Part shown: one piece after another, positions 13,501-25,500 of the stretch
How positions within the stretch are numbered: the stretch's first letter is position 1
Layout: each line of letters begins with the position of its first letter
Source: Podarcis melisellensis
Taxonomy: Eukaryota
Strand: one strand, 5' to 3'
Assembly (NCBI GenBank): GCA_964234715.1
Contig: OZ174278.1
DNA: 64,000 nucleotides
Notes under the pieces: model-generated
The model's database searches: none
Seen by the model: the letters and a program-made list of their open reading frames with translations, nothing else
What the model was told of the DNA's origin: nothing
Made by a program: the position numbers and the translations under genes

Positions 13501-16500
13501 AACAGACATTACATATAACTTCAACTGAAAATAAATCTGACTGTAACACATGCCTACAATTAAAAAATGTCTTGACTCCATCAAAAGATAAGAGAGTTTT
13601 CTGATCTACAAAATAAGGGGCATATCACACTACATGTAAAAAGGCAAGTAGCTCCTCTGCACCATCCAAGCTTCTTATCTGCTTAAGCCTTATCTCTAAC
13701 CTTCAAAATGCACTTCTTTCAAAAGTTTCAAATTGCTATGTTATGCCTTACATAAATTGCATTAAAATCCATGGAAGCTGCATATTTTACACAAATGAAG
13801 CACTGATGTATACATCTCTTATAACATAAACTGCAATGTGTTAGGAAAGCTACAGTTTATGGCATTTTTTTGTTTTTTTGTTAATAACATACACAGACAC
13901 CTGTATGCAAAGCTTGCTACTTACCTGGCACACTTCAGTCTTTCATAAAAAGTAGAGAATTCATTGTCCCTTAAACACTGTAGAGCATCATACAATGATT
14001 CATGGTAGCCTTGTCCTCCAATTTCATCTCTTAAAAGAGAATTAACAAAATTTCTATTTGAATGCAAACACTTTATTAAACTGTCCTTTTTAACAGTAAT
14101 CCTTTATCAGCTTATCAACTGCTACTAAGGCTCCCTTCGTAGCAGTTTTAGGTAAGGGACAAACATTTAAAAATATTGCATCTGAAAAGTGATAGTTTGC
14201 ATTACTTGACGGAAGAGATTTGATCCCATTGCATGTTCCTCCAAGCTGCCTGATAACGAATCTCTTGCAATTCCATAGAACATTCTTTGTTCTCTTGTTC
14301 CAGTCCTTTAAGGTAGATGGAGAGTGTGTCACACAGCCCAAAATTCTGCAAGGCCTGCCGATCAGTGAGATAAAAAGTTAACATGAAAATGATCAGATTT
14401 CTGAAAAGGCTTTCCAACACTGGAAGTGAAGCATTTTTACTACACCCAAGTCCCACTTACTTCTAGTCCTAGTAGCACTTCAGGCTACCATGTTCAAGGT
14501 CAAAGCATAATATTAGATTTATTTATTTTTTTACAGAATTAAACTGTTACAGTCAAAATTATGGACGTTGTCATCTAACATCTGGGGGGAACCATACTGA
14601 CTACCCCTGTGAATGTGAGCATTTGGGGGGGAAGGGGGGAGATATGCATTGCTTTAAAAATTACCTCTATTATTCCTGCCTGCCGAGTTGATGGTGGAAG
14701 AGTCGTTTCAAGGTCATAGGTTACTAGGGCTTTCTCCCATCTTGCTTCATGCTCATATGTTCTTATCCTATCACGGATAAGAGAATAATATTAAAACTGA
14801 TAACACTTTGCCTTCAGTTAAAATTGCTAATTTCCCCAATAAAAGTATTACCTAGTTAAAGGCTGCAGCATTCTTCCACCACCACAGCCATAGAGACTAT
14901 CGGGTTCTCCTATGCTTTTGTATATTTCCATGAGAAGGTCCTAGGTACAAGTGAAAATAGTTACTTGACATTCTTCCATCCGACAGAACAAAAAATATTG
15001 CAATCTTCTATGGAATATGTTACATCTGACCAATACTTGCCTCTGTTATAAACTTTTAGCACACTTTGATAGACCTCCCACATCCAAACAGAAAGCCCTG
15101 TGGGCTACGCTCAGAGAAATTAATATGTTTTCCTTTACACAAAATACATAGAGGCTAGAGAACCATGAAACTCATAAGGCTCATATCTATTGAATAGCAA
15201 CAACACACGACACATTGCAATTTACTTTTGAAATGGATGGGCATTGGAACATTGGTTCATTTACCATGAATGGACCTTCTAGGCTGCCTTAGTGAGACAT
15301 CCACGGATGGGCTGTGTTTCCCAATTCATCCTGGACCCACAACCACACACCAGTCTAAGAATGAAAAGCAGCTTGGGCCTGCTGCTCAAGTAACTAAAGC
15401 CCAAAATTTCACTGAGAGACCTAAATACCCTTTTGGATCCTAGTTGTATTTTACTATCATACTGGATAAATAAGGCCAAAAGCAAGCTGCATCATACATG
15501 AAGCTGAAAGTTAAAATACAGCCTCAGCTCCCTCCCAGAAAAAGCAATATCTATGAAGCGAATGGCAATGCAGCCCAACACCGCGCTTTCAAATAGAAGT
15601 CGACACAGTATTTTAAGTCAACAGTGTACTTTATGGAGGCTAGTGGGGCCACACAATTGTCAAGTCGCCTGGTAACCATAACTTACTTGTTAGAAGTCTT
15701 AGAAACCTATCTATGAGTGAACTAGTTGAAATATTCTCAAAAACAAGATGTACCATACCTGCAAACTTATTCCAGTTTCCTCTTTGCTCTTCTTGCTCAA
15801 GGAAGTTAGTGTTAAATTCTGACTTCCTTCCTCAAATGTTAGCTGCCTAGCTGCTTTGAAAGTAGACCTGCAGAAAACAAGTTGAAAAATTGGTCTTCAA
15901 GTTGGATATGCATTCTTTTAAAATGACTAGATATACCGGTAAATCTAAGCCATGAGTAGCTCCTAGAGATACTCTGTTACTTAACTAAGCTGAGTCCATT
16001 TCCTTGGTCAGACCTGTTCAATCAACTCCTTAAATGGAAAATTGGATCACTATAAGTAGGTGCTTTGGGAGGCAGCAAAGGTCTCCCCTTAACAAAACTG
16101 TGTTGTTTTCATTTTATTTAAACTACAAAACCCACAGAATTTCAACAAACCAAGACATGGCACACTGCCTCTTGCCACTGAGATAGTCTCTAGATTAAAG
16201 CAGGGATGGACTTTACTGAAGCCAATGGGCCAAAACCATCTGGTTGGTGGAAGTTAATGGCTTTTGTTTGAAAGCAGTATTGATTTTTAACATGAAGAAC
16301 TCATGCTGAAACAAAATAAGCAGTTCAATTTATCCAAGAGGAGAATCCTTTGAATCAGACTCATCCCACATGCACGTATATCAATGTATTTTAGTTTAAC
16401 ATAAATGAGAATAGGCTGTATTGAACACTAGTACCTTGCTTGCTGTTTGTCTGAATTTATCTTGTCTGCATAGATTTCTGTGTAGAGCAACGCTGTGAAG

Positions 16501-19500
16501 TGAGCAGCACAAGACTGAGCTGCCATGGCAACCTGAAGGTAGTCAAGTTCCAGCCAAAAGCTGTCACTGAAGACTGTACTTGAAGGACTCCTGAACAAAA
16601 TATTAAGCACAAGTGCATTCATCTCACTTTATAAAAGGGCTTTAAATTGAAAGCAGCACATGTTCTATAAATCTATAACCTATTCCCCATAATTTTGTCA
16701 GGACTATAACAGTCGTTGCTTTAAGAAATAACATAGAATTATTTGACATCCTTAGAAAGATTTTAGAAGTTGCTTCAACTTAATCGACAAACACAATTCT
16801 GGGCTAAATACAAAACCACTTTCAATGGCTGTTTTGTTATTGACAATTGAAACAGGTCTTCTAAATATATAACAATATATAACAGGTCTTCTAAATGCAA
16901 TTGACTGGAAGGGCCCAGGCCCTTTGGTAAACCTGCTGGGGTGTGGGTTTTTTGCAGGTATACTTTGCAACAGGTCATTGACACAGAAATTATGCATTAG
17001 TGGTGGATTTATAATGGACCATCCACATAATATTCTGCTTTATTAGTTGCTCTAAAATGGTAACCTAACGTTACGGCATTATTGCCATTTGGAGGGGAAA
17101 GACAACACAGAACATTTGTAGTATGCTACAGGACATTTACTGTTTGGAAATGAAACAGTGTCACCGTCCCCAAATGTTTGAAGGCACAAACAGTATTGAA
17201 AGAGGCAACATGTGTAACCACCCCATATCATCACGAGCACAAATCATTGTGAGTGCAAAAATAACAAAGAAATCTGAGAGCCCTCCCCTCAATGTCTAAA
17301 TAGACCGCTGTTGTAAAATTAAAAATACAATAACATAAAGGCTAACACAGCAACTTAATCCACCTCTTTTGCCGTCTTAAGAAGTCAACAACAGCGAGCA
17401 TTGTCCGTCGAGATATTTTATCCAAACTTCCATGAACAAAGGTTTGTGAATCTGCATTGAAGAAAAACTTTAGTCAGAAGGCTACTGATCTGATGTACAA
17501 TAACAACTCTGAATTAGGGAAGTTAATAACAATGAAAACCAAAATAGAGGGATGTTATGCTTAAGTTTTCAATGTTCTTTTGAATCACCCTGATAAGTAA
17601 CTCCTCCGGTAAGTCATGAATACATATATTTTAAATGAGAAAATGGTGTGTGAAATACAGAAGTACCCCCACAGCTATTAAGAAAGTGGTTTATAGCAAA
17701 GCAGAAATCTGAACCATCTATTAAACTATGCTGTCTTTGCTATTTAACAAAAAGAAATAGCTTTGACTCTTCTGTTATTTCTTAACAATGTTCTCCATTG
17801 GCTCAGCTGACAAACTAGCAACATTTCGCTCTTCCTCTTCTTAAAACTCTTTCCATTCTAGCTGATCATTACCAGAGCCCTATAACTAAGAACCAATGCT
17901 TGAGTTGGGTTTTCCCCCATCCTCTTTCTCAATATCTTGCATGCCATATCTTTAAATTATTAGTCTTTATTTTTAAGAGTGGGGGGAAATGCTTTAAATG
18001 GAGCAGCAATTTTGCCTCCAACCACTAGATGGAGCTCAAATCCCACCTAAGCTCACCCTTACATGCATAGCATCTTAGTTGAGGCATAGGAAAAGCTTTA
18101 TGGTGTTACCTGGATCTGAATTTGCAGGTGTAGATGGCCTACTGGGAGATAGTGCATATTTGCAACAGGTGGTAAAAAACATCTGAATGTGTGTTGATAA
18201 AAGAGACTGCGCAGATTCATCTAAGTCATGAAGTAAAATGTCATGAATCAAATATGGAAGGACAGCCTGACAAAAAGCAGTTTGAACCTAGAACACAAAG
18301 AAAGAAATTGCTTGAACACATTATTAGTTTCAGTTTGCCTTTAGTAGTCACCTTTATTCTTATACTAAGTTATAACAAAGCATTCCATATATTGTTCATT
18401 CAAAAAGTTCACACACCTCTAAATGACATGGGGAAAGAGAAAAAAATGTAGTAAGAGGAAACTTTAAAATAGGAAGGTGACAGGGCAATAGAATATAATC
18501 CTACCAACAAACTTATTTTACCTTGCACAGTGGCTTCAGAAAAAGAAGGGGTTGACTTTTTATCCTTCCACTATCCAACAAGGCACAAGTCAAGGTCTTA
18601 ATCCAAACATCATGGCTTTCACCTTGAGGAATCCACAGATTTGTATTATCCAGATCTTCGGAAAGAGTGTCTCTTAATTGTTCGGGCACTTCCAAGAACT
18701 AAATGTCATTTTGTGTTGTTGTTTTTTAAAAAAGAAACCAAGTGTCTGTTAAAATTCCTTAAGCAGCATTATATAGCCTCCTCTCCTGAACCACCAACTC
18801 CAGCCTCTATTAAGGCAGCTCACAATCCCTTTAGCTTACTATGCAGAACCGCTGGGACAAAGAGAATTGTATTTTAAAAGCTCTGGAAAATCCAGGAGTC
18901 ATTCAAACTACTTCAGATATTTGGACACGCCTCTGGAAATGTCTGGGAGCAGCTACTAATCCAAGATAGTCTTATCAATTAAGACAGGAGAGTTAGGGTT
19001 CTGCATCTAATTTTATAATACAGTACAAAACACAATACCTTTTTCTTAGACACCCTGAAAGGATGGAGGTATACCAGCATGGGATCGGTCTCGGTTTTGT
19101 AAATATCCCAAAATCGATGTCCAGTTTCAGTGGCTAGAATGTTTTTTAAACATGCAACAGCAGCAGATCGAACATCAATACTGAAAAAAAAGTAACTCTT
19201 TAGAAATTGGATATTGTCATCTCAGATTTATTTAAAGGCAACATGTATATACCATGTTAAATTTTCTCCTGTATACTTACCACTGATCTATTAAAGCATT
19301 ATTTATGAGAGTTAACATTATGAAGACCCATTGAAGTTCTCGGTCTTCAAACAGATCAACCGCACTTGAGGATGAAGCGCTTTTAGTGTGCTGCAACGCT
19401 GTGGTGGAAAAATTGATAGGACCAATTTCTCCCAAACAACTTCCAACTGCATCTGCAAATGTAGACATTCATATGATGCTTTTCATATTTCACTGACGCT

Positions 19501-22500
19501 TTTCACATTTCACTGCTTTTCATATTTATGTACAAAATATACATAATACAACTGGACCCTTCAATATGAAAATTAAGAATAAAGGTAGTATTCTACTGTT
19601 TTAATATGTTGCGTTTTCTGTGTGATTTCCACTACAGGGACTCTAATTTGTATAGAATTTAAGGGCTAGGCCTAAGCATTGCAGTGATAGCAACAGTGTG
19701 TATAAACAGGGCAGGGAAAACTGTCTCCATCACATATATTCCCTGAATTCTTATTGCTTAATAGCAGCAATAGCTTACAAAACAAGAGGGAGATCTCACC
19801 CCAAATTTCTTTGAACTTAGAATTTCAATTGATGCTGTTATACTGTTGAGGAGCTTACTGAGCTTGGAGAACTAGAACCAGTACTATTTTAAGAAAACAT
19901 TTTGAAAAACCAATACATTCCAGTTTTAGAAATACTCAAATGGCAAGGATTAGTTAGCAATTTAGGAAAGCAGATACTTTTTACAGGAGACAAAGGAAGT
20001 AATGCAAAGATGAAGTATTATTAACTAAATCTTGTTTTTTAAGCTTTAATAAAAGTAATTTTTTAGTAAATAATACTATTTTTAAAAGCTAACAGAGCAA
20101 TATCAGGTTTTTTAAACAGGTTTCTAGGTGCTATCTTTCAACATTCCAGTCAAAATTTCTCTGAAGTTATTTACTGGTATAAAAATATTAAATGTTTATG
20201 TATTTGCAACATAATCTAATTTTTACTAATTCTCTTCAAAAGAACTCTACTCATTTGAATAGCTAAATTTCTTACCCAAGGCTCTATTGGTAGAATTAAC
20301 AGCTGTTTTTGAAAGTTGTAAGAAACACGCTATCAGCTTCACTATTATACAGTCCTTTGGGTTTTCTACAGTTGGGTGTAAAAAGCATTAAAAGCAATAT
20401 TAAGTGAATGAATTATTTATTATGGTCACAGACCAATAAAATTAAATATACAATTAAAATTATATGATTAAAAACAGACATTAAATATACAGATTACACA
20501 TGTAAGATTTACTAATGCTACTAATTTAAACATTTTTCATTTGAAGACTCAACCCCCCCAAAAAAACAAACCCCAACTACCCCACAATATCCATATCAAC
20601 CATGTGTGTAAAGTTGTAACCAAACAAATTAAAAAAATTCTTCTTAAATGCCAGTGCTTTGAAGTACACAGAACCTGATAAAAGGCAAATGAACTTATAT
20701 TTACAGAAACTCACAGGACTTGCTGAACTGCATTTCAAACATCATATTAATTAGTCTTTAGTATGATACGCCAACACTATCCCCAATGACACAAGGCAAA
20801 TCATCAGTGAAAGAGGAAGAGAGGCTCTAGAAAGTAAGGAGATCAGCCAGGGCAGATTTATTTCTATCTTTGCTTTCTCCAATGCTATTTTCTGAAGTGT
20901 GTCGTGAACAAAAAAAAAAAAGGACAGCACTTTTAAAATTGTGGTACCCACTGTGAAATGCATTCTCAATGTTATGTTTCGCCTAGCGCCTTCCTCAACA
21001 TCCTCTAGATAAGAAACAGTTTCTCCCTAATCCTTCGACTGATATTTATTTTTTCTTATTGCATTGTTCATTGTATACAAAACAGAAACTATACTGGTAT
21101 TTGGTTTAGTTCCTGGGTTGTTCATGCATCCATGCTGCCCTCAGGTTAGTCATATCCCCCCCCCCCCGGCAATATGCAGTACTCCCAGGAATTTAAAAAG
21201 CAGTCTCAAACCCATACCGTGAAATTCTTTCATAAGGTCCTTCATTTGTTCTTTATGCTCCTTAAGTTGCTTACGCAAATCATTTAAACCTTCAAGTCTC
21301 GTTAACAGTAGCGAATCAGAGGTATTTATGGACAGAAAATGGTTAATTTCCTGCAAACAACAAACAGAATTTATAGTAAGGATACACACAATTATTAGGT
21401 ACTGTGAATTATGAATTATGGTGCTGGAGGAGACTCTTGAGAGTCCCATGGACTGCAAGAAGATCAAACCTATCCATTATGAAGGAAATCAGCCCTGAGT
21501 GCTCACTGAAAGGACAGATTGTGAAGCTGAGACTCCAATACTTTGGCTACCTCATGAGAAGAGAAGACTCCCTGGAAAAGACCCTGGTGTTGGGAAAGAT
21601 GGAGGGCACAAGGAGAAGGGGACGACAGAGGACGAGATGGTTGGACAGTGTTCTCAAAGCTACCAGCATGAGTTTGACCAAACTACAGGAGGCAGGGGAA
21701 GACAGGAGTGCCTGGCGTGCTCTGGTCCATGGGGTCACGAAGAGTCGGACACGACTAAACCAGTGTTTCCCAACCGGTGTTCCGCGGCACAATAGTGTGC
21801 CGCGAGATGTTGCCTGGTGTGCCGCTCCGGCGGCTCCTCTGCGGCGGCTACAGCGGCAACCTCGGGCGGCTCCTGAGGCGGCGAAGGCGGCCCAGCGGCC
21901 GGAGGCGAAGACGGTTGCGGCTGCTCCCGACGCTCACCAGCGGCCTCCTCTTCCTCGCCGCTGCTGCTTCGCGGCTTCTCCTCCGCCTCCTCCTTCTCCT
22001 CGCCGCCGCCTTTTTCGGGCTCCGGCTCCTTCTTCCCCTCAGGCTCCTCCGCGGAAGGCCCGTCCGGCAGCTCGGCCTCCGAGTCGCTGCTGCCGCCGCC
22101 GCCTCTTTCTCCTCCGCTACCGCCGCCGGGCTCTCCTCCTCCTCCTCCGGGCCCCTCGTCCTGGGCGGGCAGAGCGGCGGGGGTCTCGGCGGCCGCCGGG
22201 CTCTCCTGGGTCTCCTGCATGGGGGGCTACGCGGCCTTCCTGCTCGCCTCACACGCGCGGCGCACGAACAGGCAAGGCGGCGCGCTGGGCCGAAAAGGGG
22301 GAGGGAGGGGGCACAGAGCGCGCAGGCGCGCGCGCAGGGGAGGCGCCCTCTTGCCGGGCTATGTGCGCGAGAGCGGACCCGGTGGCGAGTCTCGCGAGAG
22401 GGGCAGGGACCAACTCGGCAGACGAGAGGGGGAAGGAACGGATTCCAAAACCGGTGTCTTGCCGCGTTGTATATGTTAATTTCCTATGTTAATGGGCTAG

Positions 22501-25500
22501 GACAGGGTTTGCGATCGGTTAACGCCCAGTTATGCTTTCCCCCTAGGAATTAGGCGTTTCGGTCTTGAGGTACGCTCGCTTCACACCCCACTTGGAGGTT
22601 CCCCGGCAAGGGGGAGGGAAAAAATTTGAAAGTTACACTTTCGTGCGTCCCTCCCGGCGTGACGCTGCGCGCTGACGTCACGGGGCTGTAATGGTGGTGT
22701 GCCTCGAGATTTTTTTCATCAAACAAGTGTGCCTTTGCCAAAAAAAGGTTGGGAAACACTGGACTAAACAACAACAAATTATCTTTTAAAAAATGTAGAG
22801 ACTCTGAATGGCTGAGTAGTGTGTCAATTCTTATCTGGAAATTAACATCACTAAGATCAATGAGACTTACTCATGACTAGATATGAATAGAAAGACCTAA
22901 CCCACTATGATTTCAAAGGCTTGAAAAGTGATTGTATTACCTCCAGGAGAGAAAATCCACCATTACTGTATTTTATTTTCTGCTGAACAGCACGCAGGTC
23001 TTTAAAAGCAGGGTGATCTGGAAAAGGATCCAGATGTTTGATTGCCTGGTATAGGTTTTCATTGTCTTTGTTATCTATCACTAGATATTTTAATAAGCCC
23101 AAGACCTAAACGAAAAGGAAAACAAAAGTGGAGGAACAAAGTAATGAAACCACTCTAGAAAGTCTTCACGTTTTTGCATGGAAAAACAGCAGTCACAATA
23201 CTCTGATCCACAATCTGCAGACTAGCTGCTCAGCAGTTACTTCCCTCAATGCTTGTGCATTTTCTTTCCTTACTGCACAGAAACCCATACCCAAACAGAA
23301 GATCCTGCACTTATTTGAATGCAAAATACTCCCCACTTCCATCCACTCCTTTGACGCTGAGCCTGTTTATCAGGCTCAATGGCCAATGTCAGGGAAGACC
23401 CTATATTTAAACTATAATCCCAAACTGGTTTATTAGGCAATAAGGCCCACTGAAGACAATAGGACTTACTTCTGAGCAACCATACCAAGGACTGTGCTGT
23501 TAATTCCTCAGTTCCCATGTGCATTTCAATATGCTATGGGCACAACAGAGGAAAGAGTGAAGATGATGTGCACGAGCCCAAGGCCTGCTTTTGACTTCAC
23601 GGTGCATAAAGCAGAAAGGCAGAAGTAGGATATAAATATCCACAGTGGCCACATGTGCACATCACAGTAAGACAGGGTTGCTGGCTTACTGTGATTTAAA
23701 GGAAATGAACAGCATGCTAGTGCATGCTGTCTGACCACTCCTACTTTACTCTTTTAAATGTAGATGTTAGTGACAAAAGGTTATGTATGGACCTTCTAAG
23801 ACTGAATGCAAACTAACTATTCTGACATCCCAAATTCCTCTATATACTATGTACGGCCTTTCACAGCCTGCAGCTTTTACATTGAAATATATCAGCTGGC
23901 TGCAAAAAAAAATAGCAAAACTATTTAACAGAATTTTATAACATTAGTAATATAATTATATGCAGCAGATTAGCGTAACACATATCAGTTCTTGCCTTTA
24001 AATATATCTAAATGCAAATACTGCAGCCCACAGCTCACAGATTTAATGACACAGACACGCTAAGACTCATAATTAAGATGAGCAAGCATAGAGCCCTGAT
24101 TGTATAATTTACTTCTTCACTGGCAAGCATTTTGAGCATAATTATCCATATTCGCCTAAAAAGAAAAAAAGAAGCATTTAAATAATGCAGATAGTTAAGT
24201 TGTTCAGCTTTCCTACCAATTAAGTAGACATTTAAGGCAATTTAAGGCAGACATTTAGTTAAGCTTGGGAAAGAAACAGGAATTCATCCCTGATCTTACA
24301 CTGAGTGTCTGAGATGCAGCACAGGTCAAGGACAAGATCTTACTCCTTGCAGAGGAGTGAGGAAGAGAACTGGTGACCAAAATTTGTGGGCATACACATG
24401 TAATGGCAATGGGATCCAAAAAACTGTGCAATTAATTGTGCACTTCTTAAAACAGCAGCTACTAAACCTCAAGATTTTGAGATTGAAGGGATCTCAGAAA
24501 TTTGGAATATTGCCTGGGGCTTTCAAAATACTCTTGTGCATACCTTATTACAGTAATCCTGCAACTTACACACACACAGTTAACTTGTGTGTATTCAGCT
24601 TTAGGTGATTGGGATTTTTTTAAAGAGGTAAAAAGAGTGGGCATCCGGGGGGGGGGGGGACTTCAGCAATCTCACCTGCTATTGCTCCCTACGTTGTTTT
24701 GACTATATACAGTTACACGGTTTTTGTTCCATGCACTATCCTTGGAACATAACCCCTGAATAAGTTGTGGGTTTCAGTAATTGCCTTTTAAAACTGTTAC
24801 TAATTGATTCTTGCATTTATATTGTTCGCTTCATTAGGTGTTCTCAGGTGGAAAGGCGGAGTACACATATTCTAAACTGACCCAAGTAAACCTAAATCAA
24901 GCAAACATAAAATGCCTAGCAAGTGCAGCTGATTAAAACTTACTTCTTCTTGGGTTTCAGGTTGTTCTCCAACTATGGGAATCAGGGTCCCCACAACAAC
25001 ATGGAGGTGACTCCCTAGGGCATCTCCACAATATATTACTGCTGTGTGGCAAACACGACTGAGAAGGTCACAACATAGCAAGAAGCTCCGGAGGGATATC
25101 CCTTTGAGAGGAACAGGCCTAAAACACATTTTAAAAAATGAAGCAGCTTAGGGGAGCTACGATACACACTTTAATCAACACAGTATAACCAGACAAGGTG
25201 GTGATGTACAAATGATTTTTACAACAGGAGAAATTGTCCTACGCTCCCCTGTCTTCCCACTTCCCTCTCCCTCAAATGAAAGCAATGCCACTTTTTCTCA
25301 GGATGTTGAGGAACCATTAGTGAGCACTCTTTGAGTCTGCTCAGCCAACCAGCTAAAAATCCACCTAACAGTTACCTCATCCAGCCCACATTTTACCAGC
25401 TTCTCCACAAGAATATCATGGATGCAGTGTATCTTGATTTCACTAAGGCTTTTGAAAAAATTCCTCACGATATCATTGAAGGTCTTTCTTTGAAAGCTTA

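Larger units (their letters stand above)
21413..22776 (+). mobile_element. BovB/RTE LINE 3' fragment interrupted by a hAT element
   Basis: [19 protein letters not shown]...[31 protein letters not shown] = RTE/BovB ORF C-terminus; tail resumes at 22762; tentative AATTAT TSD. Confidence 0.92.

Noticed and set aside
21404-22492. 362-aa plus-strand ORF, the longest in the track
   Set aside because: Chimera of a BovB ORF tail read through the hAT TIR into the antisense of GC-rich cargo; stop-poor by composition, not a gene.
21753-22769. GACTAAAC flanks as standalone proof of a hAT TSD
   Set aside because: BovB tails often already contain GACTAAAC twice, so the duplication alone is ambiguous; the hAT call rests mainly on the perfect TIRs and subterminal repeats.
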